The translations under genes were made by a program, and so were the position numbers. This document shows positions 63,401 through 64,000 of a stretch of DNA of 64,000 nucleotides, one piece after another. A model generated the notes under the pieces. The model was not told where the DNA came from and did no database searches. It saw nothing but the letters and a program-made list of their open reading frames with translations. Positions within the stretch are counted from its first letter, which is position 1, and each line of letters begins with the position of its first letter. Source of the DNA: Lama guanicoe (lineage: Eukaryota). Location of the stretch: NCBI GenBank assembly GCA_013239625.1, contig MU054323.1:16496029-16560028 (forward strand). Direction: 5' to 3'.

Positions 63401-63844
63401 AGACTTAATGAACTCAAGTATCAGGCTCTCGCCAAGTGACCCCACACACATCCAGGGCACCCTTCTCCTTCCCAGAAATGTCCCTGCACCACCCAGCCTC
63501 TGGTTTCACATGAAGACCAGGTACCCAACTGCATTTCCATTCTTTGTAGACAGCATCCACGCTGCCCCAAATCCCTTTTCACTTGCACCTTCATCCCTTC
63601 AGTACTGTAAAATGCCTACTTGCTGGGGAAATTAGATCTATTGACTGATCACTCATGGATTCTGTGTTACCTTTTCCCAAAGGTGTTTGCTTTTACAAGG
63701 GGCCACCGGAGAAGACAGCCTTATCCCAAAGAATCATACTTTTGATGGTAGAATTTCTGTCACAGGGACAGAATGGTAAAGAAGATATCTTTAATAATGA
63801 CATTATTTTAATATTCCCTTCTTTGTCTAGTGACATTATTTTAA

Positions 63845-64000
63845 TAGTCAATTTCACAACAATCATATGAAGTAGTTAATAATGTATAGATAAGGATATG
63901 AAATTCAGAAAATTCCAGTGTTTTACACAAGATCACACAGCTAGGAAATAACAAAAGTGAAACATGGAAGCAGGTTCTCTGACTCCAAAGCAGGGGTCTT
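63845..64000 (-). mobile_element. MIR SINE, running off the window end
   Basis: 'aatttcacaacaatcatatgaagtag...caagatcacacagctagga...ctgactccaaagc'. Confidence 0.85.

Noticed and set aside
1..64000. tRNA, snRNA, 7SL, rRNA genes or processed pseudogenes
   Set aside because: None recognised by eye. Short or diverged copies and micro-exons cannot be excluded without Infernal or BLAST.

Overview
This is placental-mammal nuclear DNA that reads as intergenic or deep-intronic. I found no protein-coding exon, RNA gene, CRISPR array or prokaryotic feature that I can support. The only ORF-track peptides I recognise are retroelement relics: L1 ORF2, HAL1/L1 ORF1 and L2 endonuclease. A possible ERVL pol relic emerges from my own hand translation. 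Much of the window is old interspersed repeat: MIR, L2, L3/CR1, L1, HAL1, MLT1/MLT2/LTR33/LTR40 solo LTRs, an ERV1 (MER41-like) solo LTR, and hAT MITEs. A young L1 3'UTR of cetartiodactyl type, together with the apparent absence of ruminant, pig, whale, carnivore, horse or primate SINEs, tentatively suggests a camelid. The best observations are: (1) a three-level L1>MLT2D>L1 nest whose inner L1 lacks a 3' end and poly(A) yet has a 17-bp TSD, consistent with internal priming; (2) an end-to-end HAL1 whose TSD is still readable; (3) an L2 endonuclease-domain relic; (4) a tail-to-tail L2 palindrome with miR-95-like geometry; (5) repeat-poor blocks carrying motif clusters that may be enhancers. I cannot support a new biological system here. 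Family names come from recalled consensus sequences, not a database search, and boundaries without a TSD are approximate.
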